IMG/VR virus record: IMGVR_UViG_3300021964_000017
Length of the DNA stretch: 64,000 nt
From: a virus
Direction: 5' to 3' (one strand)
Part shown: in pieces, positions 35,304-45,439 of the stretch
Position numbering within the stretch: the first letter of the stretch is position 1
How the letters are laid out: each line of letters begins with the position of its first letter
Made by a program: the position numbers and the translations under genes
Notes under the pieces: model-generated
The model's database searches: none
What the model saw: the letters and a program-made list of their open reading frames with translations, nothing else
Told to the model about the DNA's origin: nothing

Positions 35304-35899
35304 TCCTCCATAAAATCACCGAGGTCAGAATCAACGTACATTACTCTTTTCTTACGTTTTTTTTCTTCCCTGATGTACTGTTTAATCTCAGTGTCTTTCT
35401 CTTTCACTCTGTCAATACGATCTTTTAACTGGTTGACAAACGCTTGAACAACTTGCACAGATTGTTGGTCCGATTGGTCTGTTGCAATGTATTCTTCAAG
35501 GCCACTTTGAGAGAGATATCTTAACTTAACATCCTGTTGCTTCTTTTCCTTTGCAATACGACGAAGGAATGCATACCAACTAATTTGCGTGAAGTATGCG
35601 AATGCATTAGGTAGGCCGGTCCGTGTGGCTGCTTCGATGTTGTAGTTCTCAATTGCCTTGAGGCAGTTCTCTACTGCGTCCATAACCATCTCTTCACGAT
35701 ATGTGTATCGGATGAAGTTAGACTTATGAGAAAGCCCTTCTGAGATTTTTAGAAAACAAGAAGCAATATAGTCAGGTACAATTGGCAATGGTTGTTCATT
35801 TGCCTTTGCTTCTTTTAGTGTTGTACAATAATCAACAACTGCTTGAGAGAACTCTTTGTTGTTGACGTAATGAATGCTCGCGCGTTTTGATCTAGCCAT
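35300..35899 (-). CDS. gp55: late-transcription sigma factor
   Basis: HYVNNKEF, NFIRYTYREEM..DA.ENC, NAFAYFTQI...AFLRRI.KEKKQ. Confidence 0.95.
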   Translation of the reverse strand: MARSKRASIHYVNNKEFSQAVVDYCTTLKEAKANEQPLPIVPDYIASCFLKISEGLSHKSNFIRYTYREEMVMDAVENCLKAIENYNIEAATRTGLPNAFAYFTQISWYAFLRRIAKEKKQQDVKLRYLSQSGLEEYIATDQSDQQSVQVVQAFVNQLKDRIDRVKEKDTEIKQYIREEKKRKKRVMYVDSDLGDFMED

Positions 35900-35924
35900 A
35901 ATATAGTCCTCACTATTTGATATT

Positions 35925-35985
35925 ATTATACACCATTAAAAAAGATTTTACAACCCGTTGACTTATTTTATTTTTCTGGTATAAT
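35925..35985. promoter_or_regulatory. divergent sigma70-like promoters
   Basis: Minus: TTGTAA-17-TATAAT (35953-35925) for gp55; plus: TTGACT-16-TATAAT (35958-35985). Confidence 0.6.
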
Positions 35986-36017
35986 AAGGCATCAGCCTTG
36001 CAGGGGGCAGTATATCC

Positions 36018-36677
36018 CTATTTAACTAAAAATCCAATCCGTGAATCTTCGAGTTGTCCGTCTGCATCATCATACGATTCTACAAAGTTATAACCGTGCA
36101 TTTCCATATGTTGTTTCTTTACACCAAGATCCGAAGCCCACACAGGAATGATATGATCATAATCCGGATCGGGGGATGGACGTAAATGAACCTCTATAAC
36201 TTGATTACCTTTAAACTCAACATTAATAGCTTCAACGTCTCTCAGGCAAACCAACTCATCAGGTACTTCTGGTATATAGTCAGATCTTTTCCACTCAACA
36301 AACTTAGTCAGATTGATAGGCATGTTAGTTCCTTCCCAACAGGAAAATCCTTTCCATGGCTGCAACCACTTACCATCTTGCATATCTCTGTCGTATTTCC
36401 ACTTATAGTTTGCTGAGTAATGTTTCCCCGTGAGGTATTCACACCAGAAGTAACCTGCAGGGACAGATCGATCGTCTCCAGCTTTTATTTCTTTTACTTC
36501 AGCTCCAACGCCCATACCCGACAGATTGTATATAGGTCTTACAATGTATGTTCCATCCTTAGTTGGTGCAGTTCCGCTTGGACCACAATCATATCCAAAC
36601 AGCTCAGCGATGTATAGTTTATTAAACCATTTACGATGATGTGGGTACTTTGCATATGAGTCGTCGTCGTCTTGCAT
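36018..36677 (-). CDS. hypothetical protein, ATP-grasp-like
   Basis: YIVRP..N..GMG.GA, FWCEYL.G..YS, INVEF....VIEVHLR. Confidence 0.55.
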   Translation of the reverse strand: MQDDDDSYAKYPHHRKWFNKLYIAELFGYDCGPSGTAPTKDGTYIVRPIYNLSGMGVGAEVKEIKAGDDRSVPAGYFWCEYLTGKHYSANYKWKYDRDMQDGKWLQPWKGFSCWEGTNMPINLTKFVEWKRSDYIPEVPDELVCLRDVEAINVEFKGNQVIEVHLRPSPDPDYDHIIPVWASDLGVKKQHMEMHGYNFVESYDDADGQLEDSRIGFLVK

Positions 36678-37105
36678 TAGTGTAACTTATCCTTATTAAA
36701 CAACGAAACGACATTACTATTATCTGAATCACTCAATTCAGCTTGTTGTAGTTTGTGCAGTATTCGTTGTATCATTATTGCATCATCACTATCATAATGA
36801 TCAGATAATTCACCTTCATCACTTTGCGCTTCAATTGATTTTAGATATTGATTCAATAAAATCTTAGATGGTTTGGCTTCACCGACAATATGAGAATAGT
36901 TTAGTAGCTGCAGATATTCATTGTTAAGTTGAAATGACATCCATGGCCTAAAAGAATAAAATCTATATCCAGTCTCTAGATTATCAGTTCTAGTTATCAT
37001 CATAGCATTGCGAATTACTATATTAACCTCTTCACCTTCAGGTTCTTGTACGACTTGAGCAATAATCTCATCGCCGTTGGATAATCTAAACTGTGTATAA
37101 TTCAT
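36677..37105 (-). CDS. conserved T4-like protein downstream of uvsW
   Basis: QFRLSNGDEIIA, RPWM; synteny. Confidence 0.7.
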   Translation of the reverse strand: MNYTQFRLSNGDEIIAQVVQEPEGEEVNIVIRNAMMITRTDNLETGYRFYSFRPWMSFQLNNEYLQLLNYSHIVGEAKPSKILLNQYLKSIEAQSDEGELSDHYDSDDAIMIQRILHKLQQAELSDSDNSNVVSLFNKDKLH

Positions 37106-38604
37106 TTAAGATCTACCTTTACTATTTCATAATCAAATTGTTCTTTATCATACATCTTTACACGAAGGGCAGAGTGTGTGAGAGTAAAATTATTCCTTTT
37201 ACCCCAATGAAGATCGTCCGCTATGTCAAATAGTTTAGTATCTTGTCCATTGTCCGATTTCCGTAGTCCGCGTCCGATTGACTGAAGAACTTTGATTTGG
37301 GACTTCGAAGGTGATGCAAATATAATATTATGAAGGTTACGTATGTTAATACCAGTACTGAAGGTACCAAGACTAGCAACAATGATAGCATCTTTTTGCT
37401 TCTCCACTATTTTACGAATGGCTTCTCTATCTGAGGTATCTGTGTCGCCTGATACAAAGAATACCTTTCTGCCTCTTGCGACCTTATTATTTATAAGCTC
37501 GAATAATGGCTTGCCATGAGCTTCCACACGATGATATAGGACGAGAGTATTTCCAGAAGAAGATACAGCCAGATTACGAATGAAATTATTACGAGATTCC
37601 ATTCCGATAATAAAATTGATTTCATCTTGATAAGTTTGTTTGCCAAAGTTTTTCCTAACATCCTCAGCGTAATTCATTAATAATACTTTAATATTTAGTT
37701 TTGCTAATGTCCCATCTTTCTGCAGATCAACGGTCTTTGTGACGTTGTATACGGGGCCAAACAACCCCTCTAGTACTAACTTGTGAGTCTGGGTACCATC
37801 GAGAGTCCCTGTAAACCCGTACCGGTATTTGGCAAGGGTAGCTTTGTTCATAATTGAAGATAGTGACTTAGATTTAAAACCATGACACTCATCTCCCAGC
37901 ACCATACCAAATTGCTCAAACCACTTCTTAGGAAGTTTATAAATACTCTGCCATGTAGAAATAATAAATACTTTATTAGTATCCTTATCTTTGCCTGAAT
38001 AAATTTTATGGGCAGCGTCTGGGATCATACCATAGTCGATAAAGTCTTGATGCATTTGTTCGACTAAAGACGTGGTAGGAACAATTATAAGCACTTTGCT
38101 CGCTCTGGGGTAGTTTACCCCATCGGTGAGATATTGTTGCCAGTATTTCATGATCAGATATATCATATAAGATTTACCTGATCCAGTAGGAGACAAAAGA
38201 ATTGCTCGAGTTCTTGTCAGGGCTGTGGTTATCGCATCGAGTTGGTAATCTCGAGGTTGAAATGGAAGTGCTTCATCAGCTAGTAAATGAGGTACGGATT
38301 GAGCAGCTTGTGGATCCGGAATTGGAAGCCCGTAATCAGACTCTTCAGTGTCAAGAAGATACGATCGCTCAGCTGCAAACTTTATTAAATAAACATATAG
38401 CCCAGCAGAGAGCTCTCCAGTCATGCGATTGAATAGCTTGATCTTTCCATCCCAAACTTTGTTCTTATAAGCAGGCATAAACTTGTAGCCTGGAACAAAG
38501 AATGAGAAGTAGTCAGATATCTCCGCAGCTAACCCAGCGTCAACATCTACTTCTAACATCGAATAATCTTTTAGTCTACAAACAATATCAACCACCGGCT
38601 TCAA
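37102..38604 (-). CDS. uvsW: SF2 DNA helicase
   Basis: PRDYQ, SPTGSGKS, DECH, TGT, QSIGRGLR. Confidence 0.95.
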   Translation of the reverse strand: MKPVVDIVCRLKDYSMLEVDVDAGLAAEISDYFSFFVPGYKFMPAYKNKVWDGKIKLFNRMTGELSAGLYVYLIKFAAERSYLLDTEESDYGLPIPDPQAAQSVPHLLADEALPFQPRDYQLDAITTALTRTRAILLSPTGSGKSYMIYLIMKYWQQYLTDGVNYPRASKVLIIVPTTSLVEQMHQDFIDYGMIPDAAHKIYSGKDKDTNKVFIISTWQSIYKLPKKWFEQFGMVLGDECHGFKSKSLSSIMNKATLAKYRYGFTGTLDGTQTHKLVLEGLFGPVYNVTKTVDLQKDGTLAKLNIKVLLMNYAEDVRKNFGKQTYQDEINFIIGMESRNNFIRNLAVSSSGNTLVLYHRVEAHGKPLFELINNKVARGRKVFFVSGDTDTSDREAIRKIVEKQKDAIIVASLGTFSTGINIRNLHNIIFASPSKSQIKVLQSIGRGLRKSDNGQDTKLFDIADDLHWGKRNNFTLTHSALRVKMYDKEQFDYEIVKVDLK

Positions 38605-39031
38605 ATACTCTCCATTTTATCATATTACCAATTGTCTGGTGTCTCCAGTTGAGATTGTTTACTATCTCATTAAGCGTATCTATCATAGTTTTTAGATATT
38701 GAATTCTAAGCTCTGACTCTTGAATCTCTTTATCAGAATCATAATAGTAATCCATCTCACCCTTCATAATCTTTAGACCATCAAGAGGATCATAATCCCA
38801 ACCCAACTCTTTGATTTGATCTTCAGACATCTTACCATTGTACCAAAGCCATTTTAGCTTTAGTAGCTTCTTTTGATCCATTTCCGCTTTCTTAATTCTA
38901 AGTTTAGTATTAGAAAGTAGCGTCAGATACTTGGCATGTAGCGCTGGGGTTTGACGAGATGTTTCGTCCAGGTTGTTCTTAGACAGCTGTGAATCAGCTG
39001 CCCACTCTTCGAGCAGTTGCTCTAATGTCAT
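38588..39031 (-). CDS. uvsY: recombination mediator
   Basis: W..DS, P.LHAKYL, WYNGK, I.N.I.WR.F..G; synteny. Confidence 0.9.
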   Translation of the reverse strand: MTLEQLLEEWAADSQLSKNNLDETSRQTPALHAKYLTLLSNTKLRIKKAEMDQKKLLKLKWLWYNGKMSEDQIKELGWDYDPLDGLKIMKGEMDYYYDSDKEIQESELRIQYLKTMIDTLNEIVNNLNWRHQTIGNMIKWRVFEAGG

Positions 39032-39046
39032 AATATAACTCCATCA

Positions 39047-39607
39047 TTAGTTCAATTCAAAGTACGAAAATCTAAAAGTAGCTGGAAATGTAATCTGCGT
39101 GGTATCACCAGTCGTAGCTTCCATAACCATGTTACCTAGTCCTGTTGGTACACAATCTATATATCTAATCTTTCTAGTGACGTTATTGTGGCTGCTAAGA
39201 ATAGCAAGTGTGATATCACTATACGTTGGAGGAGTAGTATCGGTTAACGATCTGTTCAAGCGACTCTTCTGTGGTGTTTGTACCAATCTTTGCATCCAGT
39301 TATACATCTCAGTATATGCATTCATATTTTCGTCAACTATAATCATACACTCTAATTCAGTAAAGTTCAACTTATCTCCTGCCATAGCAATGTTACCAAT
39401 ACGTGAATAAGAAACATCTGCAGCTGGAATATCCATTGCTGGGTGAGCTACACTTTGACAAAAGAACTCAAGGTTTGGAAAGTTCTTTCTATCAACAATT
39501 AGTTTAAACGCCGTGGGTTGTAATAGGTTAACATTGTTCAAACCAGTGGTAGATCCAGTTAGAGTATCATCTACATTAACTGTGACTGATGGGTTTAGTG
39601 TTACCAT
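39047..39607 (-). CDS. gp3: tail tube terminator / tail completion
   Basis: N.LQPT.F, FFCQSV..P, GDKL.F..L, VDE.M..Y.E...W; late promoter at 39648-39655. Confidence 0.88.
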   Translation of the reverse strand: MVTLNPSVTVNVDDTLTGSTTGLNNVNLLQPTAFKLIVDRKNFPNLEFFCQSVAHPAMDIPAADVSYSRIGNIAMAGDKLNFTELECMIIVDENMNAYTEMYNWMQRLVQTPQKSRLNRSLTDTTPPTYSDITLAILSSHNNVTRKIRYIDCVPTGLGNMVMEATTGDTTQITFPATFRFSYFELN

Positions 39608-39688
39608 AATTTTTTCCTAAAGATGAAATTACCTGTTGACTTGTTATTATTTATATGTGATAAAGAATACAGATAAAGGAGATACACT

Positions 39689-40033
39689 ATGACACAGTTT
39701 AATAAAGCAGACTTTGAATACCACGGTGGATACTTAATGTATAGAGGTGATTACGAAGGCCGTCCAGTATATCCCAACAAAGAAGGTGTTCATCCTTCAA
39801 ATGTGGGTCGTGGTATCGATCTCTTCGTCGCCCGCTTCAAGTATTCCAAATCTCCTATCACAAAGGCTAAGTTTTTAAAAGAACTCATCAAGAACTTTAC
39901 TGTTGAAGAGTATGTAGAGGCTCGTAGCCGGGAAGGAATCGAGGGCTCACCGCTTGAGATTTTGAAGAATAATAATCCAGAGTGGTATTGGAAAATTATT
40001 AATAATTTCTATCCTGCAGAGCCGCGGGTATAA
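39689..40033 (+). CDS. hypothetical protein, counter-oriented
   Basis: AAGGAG RBS; TTGACT upstream; converges on gp23 terminator. Confidence 0.7.
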   Translation: MTQFNKADFEYHGGYLMYRGDYEGRPVYPNKEGVHPSNVGRGIDLFVARFKYSKSPITKAKFLKELIKNFTVEEYVEARSREGIEGSPLEILKNNNPEWYWKIINNFYPAEPRV

Positions 40034-40057
40034 AAAAAGGGCCGCGTGAGCGGCCCT
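40032..40057 (-). terminator. intrinsic terminator after gp23
   Basis: AGGGCCGC-tcac-GCGGCCC-TTTTTTT. Confidence 0.85.
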
Positions 40058-40079
40058 AGTTGTTTCCGTAATCCGAATC

Positions 40080-41399
40080 CTATGCTGGGTTCAGGATGTT
40101 GTCTACGCGGAAGATTCTGTAATACTGGTTAGCACGTGCTGTACCAATATCGTCGCCTGGTGTAGAACCTACGAATGGGTTTGCAACCATACCATAACGA
40201 GTTTTGAACCCGATACGTGGTTGGAAATCATTCTCGCCTACTGCACGGACCATAGTTAGTGGTACGTATGGGCAATAGAAGATACCTGCGTCATATGCGT
40301 TTGTACCTTTGTAGCCTACTGTGACATAGTCAGCAGTTGCATATGGATCGATGTATACTTTCATACGACCGTTCAAAGTACCTGCAAATGTGTTACCTGT
40401 ATCGTCTACGTTTAGGCCTGTTGCCATTGCTGGTGTATAATCCAACATACCGGAAGCAGACAAAGCCGTTGCAACGTCTGAAGAACAGATAACGATGTTA
40501 CCTTTACCACGGCGTGTGTCTTTGGCAATTTGATTTGCTTCACGGTCAAGTTGTACTACCAGACCTTTGAACTTCTCTGCTGACCAACGGCCATCTGCGT
40601 CTGCTGACAGATCGAAGATACCTGGCTTAGTAGCGTTTGAAGTTGTGAAACCAGTTTTCGCACGAGAGTTGATTGTACGAATAACTTCACGGTTGATTTC
40701 AGCCAAGATCTCAGTTGACAAGATGTTTGCCAATTCTGTCTCAGCGTCAAGACCATGAATCGCTTTCAAGTCTTGTGCAAGCTCGAGTGTGTACTCTGCT
40801 TTCAGCGCGCGTGACTTTGCAGTCACAGTTGCTTTTTCAATGGTGAAACCCATTTCAGCAAAAGAAGACTCACCAGTTGTTCCCAACTGTTCTGCGTTTG
40901 CTGTGGACATGCCACCACCAAATGTTGGTACTGCACCTGCAGAGTCAACATTAGCCAAGCCACTGAGACCAGTACCATCTGTTGATTGTGTTGAAGACGA
41001 GTCACCAGCAAAGCCTGAAATTGCTTCACCGAACAATGCTTCATCACCAGATGTGGCGCCAGCGCGTGTTGTTTTGTACTTGGACTTCATTGCGAAGATC
41101 AAGCCTGTTGGGCCAGACATTGGCTGAACACCACATACGTCATATGCCATCATGTTTGGCATAGCACGGCGTACGAGTGAAATCAATACTGGGTTCCAGT
41201 TTGCTGCAACAGATGTGTTGTTGGCAGCTGCATCTTCCGTCATCATTGAGGCTTGTTCGCCTTGCTCACGGATTGCTTTTTCTGTGTTCTCCAGAACGAC
41301 AGCGGTAACAGCACGCTTGTGAGCGTCCTGAATTGAACCGGCTGATTCTTCGTTCAATACCGGAGACCATTTCTCTACGAGACGATCATAAGTTTCCAT
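40080..41399 (-). CDS. gp23: major capsid protein
   Basis: KW.P.L, LVRRAMP, GVQPMSGPTGLIFA, SRALKAEYT.ELAQDLKA.HGLDAE.EL, YCPYVPL, GFKTRYG. Confidence 0.98.
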   Translation of the reverse strand: METYDRLVEKWSPVLNEESAGSIQDAHKRAVTAVVLENTEKAIREQGEQASMMTEDAAANNTSVAANWNPVLISLVRRAMPNMMAYDVCGVQPMSGPTGLIFAMKSKYKTTRAGATSGDEALFGEAISGFAGDSSSTQSTDGTGLSGLANVDSAGAVPTFGGGMSTANAEQLGTTGESSFAEMGFTIEKATVTAKSRALKAEYTLELAQDLKAIHGLDAETELANILSTEILAEINREVIRTINSRAKTGFTTSNATKPGIFDLSADADGRWSAEKFKGLVVQLDREANQIAKDTRRGKGNIVICSSDVATALSASGMLDYTPAMATGLNVDDTGNTFAGTLNGRMKVYIDPYATADYVTVGYKGTNAYDAGIFYCPYVPLTMVRAVGENDFQPRIGFKTRYGMVANPFVGSTPGDDIGTARANQYYRIFRVDNILNPA

Positions 41400-41414
41400 A
41401 ATTGGATCTCCTAC

Positions 41415-42347
41415 TTACTTATTTGTTTTGCGTAATGCATTAAGGTACTGTTCCATCATTGGAGATACTTCTACTTCATCGGAAGTGTCATCTGCATCTT
41501 CTACAACGGACTCAGCGGTTTTTTTAGCGCCAAAATATGATTCTTTCAACGTAGCGACTTTCTGTGTAAAAGACTTTTCGTTTTCAAAATCTACATTTTC
41601 AGCAAGTGATGTTAGCTTTTCAACTTGTGTTTCTGCTAGATCCTTAGAAGCTTCGCGAATAACCGCTGCGCGCTTATATGATTCCAACTCTTCTGCAAGT
41701 GAAAGACTCTTAGCAGTTGCTTCATTGATCCGAGCTTCAAGATCTACATTAGCTTCTGCTAGTTCATCAACTAGGTCTACTTTGGATTCTGGGACTTCAA
41801 TGTAAGACTCGACGAACACGTCTTTCAACTTGCTCATAAAGCCTTCTGCAATCTCAGTACGAAGACCGGTTTGAATTGCAACTTTGTTATCTTCCATCCA
41901 TTGCTCAACTACATAGTTGAGGTAGCTGTCTACTTTCTCTACAAGATCGGCTTTTGTTGTAGAAACTTCTTCTGCCAATTGCTCAGCATATTCTGTTTCC
42001 AAACGATCGATCTCTTCTGAAAGTTTAGACTTAACCGCCGCTTCGAAAATCACTGCAGTTTTAGCTTTGAACTCTTCGCTCAATGTAGCTTCAGATTCTA
42101 CAAGTGCATTCAGGTCGTCACTAAAATCTCCATCAAAATCTACGTCTTCGGCCTTCATAGCCTTGCCTGCAGCTTTCAATTCGGACGGTTGGCTGTTGCT
42201 CTTATCACCCTTGCGCTTTGCAGCTTTGGGGCCTTTGTTCTCAGCAGCATCTACAGATGCAACTGATTGAGCTTCAGCATTCTTTGGATCGTGAGCTTCT
42301 TCGATTTCCTCGTCGAGCTCAACATCATAATCGATTTGATCAGTCAT
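41415..42347 (-). CDS. gp22: prohead core scaffold
   Basis: LSEEFK.K...IFEAAV, VDSYL.YVVE.WM.DN, LKESYF. Confidence 0.93.
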   Translation of the reverse strand: MTDQIDYDVELDEEIEEAHDPKNAEAQSVASVDAAENKGPKAAKRKGDKSNSQPSELKAAGKAMKAEDVDFDGDFSDDLNALVESEATLSEEFKAKTAVIFEAAVKSKLSEEIDRLETEYAEQLAEEVSTTKADLVEKVDSYLNYVVEQWMEDNKVAIQTGLRTEIAEGFMSKLKDVFVESYIEVPESKVDLVDELAEANVDLEARINEATAKSLSLAEELESYKRAAVIREASKDLAETQVEKLTSLAENVDFENEKSFTQKVATLKESYFGAKKTAESVVEDADDTSDEVEVSPMMEQYLNALRKTNK

Positions 42348-42358
42348 GTCTGACTCCT

Positions 42359-43018
42359 TTACAATTTAGTTTTCATTAACGAGAGGAAATTTTTAAACTC
42401 ACGTGTCTGCACCTCATAAAGGTCAGCACGTGGAGCCTTCTTAATTTCAGTCTCCATTTGTTCAATTACTTGAGATTCGATAATACCATTATTCCAGATC
42501 CATTCAACACCTTCCATTATTCCATTTACAAAAGCTGTTGGCGCTGATGGATCTTGCACGATATCAACCGTGTTTAGAATGAAGTCGTCTTTGACGTACA
42601 TAGTACCATTTCTTTCCTCAAGGCTACCCATACCACGAGTTGACACTCCTAGTTGAACACCACCTTCAAGTAAACCCTTTACGATATTACCCATTGGAGT
42701 ATCCAAAATTTGTGCCTTACCCATAACATCATTTCCCTTAAAATTAAGTTCTGTAATCTTATGAGATACTTTATCCAAGTTAACAGTTGGTCCGTCTGGG
42801 TGATTCAATTCACCTACAGCTCTGTTCTTGGAAACCTGTTCAGTAACATACTTATCCACAGCCTTTTCCATAATGGCTTTAGGGTAGATACGTCCGTTTC
42901 TATTCTTTGCTTCTGATTGCATGAAGACGCCTTCGATGAAGTGATTCTTTGTACCATCTTCATTGGCTTCAACAAGACATTCAATGTTCTGTTCGTTATA
43001 TTCTGCAATCAGTTTCAT
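42359..43018 (-). CDS. gp21: prohead protease
   Basis: IEGVFMQ, NRNGRIYP, GELNHP, GVSTRGMGS, DIVQDPSAP.AFV. Confidence 0.96.
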   Translation of the reverse strand: MKLIAEYNEQNIECLVEANEDGTKNHFIEGVFMQSEAKNRNGRIYPKAIMEKAVDKYVTEQVSKNRAVGELNHPDGPTVNLDKVSHKITELNFKGNDVMGKAQILDTPMGNIVKGLLEGGVQLGVSTRGMGSLEERNGTMYVKDDFILNTVDIVQDPSAPTAFVNGIMEGVEWIWNNGIIESQVIEQMETEIKKAPRADLYEVQTREFKNFLSLMKTKL

Positions 43019-43233
43019 GATCTTGCGTCCCAATATGTTTTACTTATTTCGCCATGATCTACATTACCGCTACCAACTCTTCTACAGCGAGTGTATACAC
43101 TATGACCAAACTCGGTTCTAATTCCGTTAGTCTGCTTTTGCCACAACGGTCTCATGGGGTGATTAGCACCAGGATCAGGTGGAGCATTATCATACTCATA
43201 CTGATCATTATTTGGTATTGCTACAAACGCCAT
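43015..43233 (-). CDS. hypothetical protein in head cluster
   Basis: ORF track; ATGA-coupled to gp21. Confidence 0.6.
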   Translation of the reverse strand: MAFVAIPNNDQYEYDNAPPDPGANHPMRPLWQKQTNGIRTEFGHSVYTRCRRVGSGNVDHGEISKTYWDARS

Positions 43234-43234
43234 T

Positions 43235-43447
43235 TTAACCCTTATAAGCCTTTACAAATTGTTTCGCCATCTTCTCAGCCTCACGCTGAGTTTTATAAGC
43301 ATCTAATCTATCACCGTCAAGATAAACTACAAACCCTGATTTCTCTTTATGGATCATCACAGGAATACGGTCTATCTTTTTATTAAAGACCATGTCGCCC
43401 GAAGGATGTCTACCCAGCTTTTCTCTAAGTTGTCCAAACGTCTTCAT
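43235..43447 (-). CDS. small prohead core/internal protein (gp68 position)
   Basis: MKTFGQLRE leader; late promoter at 43476-43483. Confidence 0.6.
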   Translation of the reverse strand: MKTFGQLREKLGRHPSGDMVFNKKIDRIPVMIHKEKSGFVVYLDGDRLDAYKTQREAEKMAKQFVKAYKG

Positions 43448-43505
43448 TTCTACACAGTCTCTTATTATTGTAATTTATTTATATAAAATAAAATTTAGGG
43501 AAAGA

Positions 43506-43841
43506 TTATTGCTCTTCTTCGTCAGATTCGGAATCATCATCACCTTCATCCTCATCATCCTCATCATCTTCCAGTTCAAGAGCTTCTTCAGCTGCATCGT
43601 CTAGTTCATCCTCATCATCGATGTTAGGATCATCCAAGTCCAGTTCATACTGATCTTGATCTGCACGCTCTTCTGGATCAACTCCATTGTAAACTTGATT
43701 GGCTATTTTTACCTTCTCTTGTTCCAATGATTGGTTGACCATATCACCCATAATGTCTTTAAACATAGGGGCTGCGCTTGCAAAGTCTTGATTAATAACC
43801 TGATCCAAAAAGTCTGTTACTTCTGCCATTTTATACTCCAC
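43506..43841 (-). CDS. acidic prohead core protein (gp67-like)
   Basis: Follows portal; very acidic C-terminus. Confidence 0.7.
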   Translation of the reverse strand: MEYKMAEVTDFLDQVINQDFASAAPMFKDIMGDMVNQSLEQEKVKIANQVYNGVDPEERADQDQYELDLDDPNIDDEDELDDAAEEALELEDDEDDEDEGDDDSESDEEEQ

Positions 43842-43858
43842 TATTATTCATTTGATTG

Positions 43859-45379
43859 TTATTCATTGTCTTGAGGTTGTTGGTCTTCATCATCATTTAT
43901 ATCACCAGCTTTTACTTCATCGGCAATCTGCTTCTTCATTTCATCAATCTGGTTTTCATCGAGGAACAGAACATTCTTCATAACATATTCTTTGGAGAAG
44001 AACTCTCCCACATATTGTTGCATCATATCTAGGGTCTGTAATCTTTCCCTGAGAAGTTCAGCATCTTTAAGTTCTGTGAAATGATTATCACGAACATACT
44101 CAATATTAATATTTTCTTTCCAGCTATCCCAATCTTCTTGAGTGATAATCCCTTTAAGAATTAATTGTTTCTTTAAGATATTATAGAAAAGGTTATCAAA
44201 ACGAGAACGGAGTCTGTCAATAAACTTCTGGAACTTCAACTCGTCTCTCGTGATCTCTGTAGATCTACCTAGTGAGAACTGAGACTCTTGCTCAAGTCTA
44301 TTAATAGGAACATTTAACGAACGATATAGACGTTTTTGGAAATATATAATGTCATCGATTTGTCCGAGATTTTCACCACCTGGCAAAGTTGATATTTCAG
44401 TCCCTCTACCACCTTCACGACGAGGAAGCCAAAAGTCTTCCAACATCGACATATGTTTACGATCATCTCTGATGGCTCCTGTATTAGCGTCATATACCAG
44501 TTTGTTCCGGTATTTAGCCATGATACCTTTCATATATTCTTCTGACTTACCTTTTGGAAGGTTGCCCACATCAATGTAAAAGATACGTCTTTCGGGCGCG
44601 CGGGCCAAACGATAGATGACCAAAGAGTCTTCCATCATACGTAGTTGGTTAATAGGTTTTAGAGCTTTGTGTAGATGAGAGACTACTTTCTTACGAGCCT
44701 CATCCAACAGACCTGATGTTACATAAGAAACACTATCTGCTGTAATCTTAACACCCTGATTGGTTCCACCTGGTTTCTCTTGGTAGATGTAGAATTCGTC
44801 TACACGCTCGACCAACGTTGCACCTGTATCAGGATCTTTTTTCTTCTTGACTTGTTTAACTTTTTTAATTTTTGCTGCATCGATAGGACGAACCTCTTGA
44901 ATACCAGCTTTAAGATTTCTCTCGTCTAGCACAAGATGGTGGAACATGCGACCATCAATATACCAACGCTTGAACATATCATGTCCAAGATCATTAAAGT
45001 TGAGCATAGACAATACAGAACTAAATTCTTCAGCCATTGCTTTTTTAATACTGTCGCTCAAACCATCTACGTTATCAAGATTAAGTCTTACGGGAGGCTC
45101 GTTCTGACTGGATGAGATTGCTTCACCAACAATATCCTCAACTGCTGCATCAACCTCGGGGTGATGGGACACAGCACGATATTGCATAATTAATTGTTTT
45201 TCATCTTTGGATTTTTCACCATCTAAGTCTACATAGGTACCATAGTGTGCACCTGCAGCTGTGACAAAGCCTGCACCATCCTCATCTACCGGAGGAACAA
45301 TAGATTGCAACTTGCCTTGCTGTCTATTGCGGGCTCGTTTAATCTCGAACCCAAATAATTTAATACTGTCGTCAGCCAT
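43859..45379 (-). CDS. gp20: portal protein
   Basis: LFGF, WYIDGR, ED..VIYRLARAPERR.FYIDVGNLP, EDFWLPRREGGRGTEI.TLPGG; late promoter 45426-45433. Confidence 0.97.
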   Translation of the reverse strand: MADDSIKLFGFEIKRARNRQQGKLQSIVPPVDEDGAGFVTAAGAHYGTYVDLDGEKSKDEKQLIMQYRAVSHHPEVDAAVEDIVGEAISSSQNEPPVRLNLDNVDGLSDSIKKAMAEEFSSVLSMLNFNDLGHDMFKRWYIDGRMFHHLVLDERNLKAGIQEVRPIDAAKIKKVKQVKKKKDPDTGATLVERVDEFYIYQEKPGGTNQGVKITADSVSYVTSGLLDEARKKVVSHLHKALKPINQLRMMEDSLVIYRLARAPERRIFYIDVGNLPKGKSEEYMKGIMAKYRNKLVYDANTGAIRDDRKHMSMLEDFWLPRREGGRGTEISTLPGGENLGQIDDIIYFQKRLYRSLNVPINRLEQESQFSLGRSTEITRDELKFQKFIDRLRSRFDNLFYNILKKQLILKGIITQEDWDSWKENINIEYVRDNHFTELKDAELLRERLQTLDMMQQYVGEFFSKEYVMKNVLFLDENQIDEMKKQIADEVKAGDINDDEDQQPQDNE

Positions 45380-45439
45380 ATTAATTCCTAGTTAGAGTTG
45401 GCGAGGCCATTTCTAGCCTCGCCTGTATTTATAGGACTC

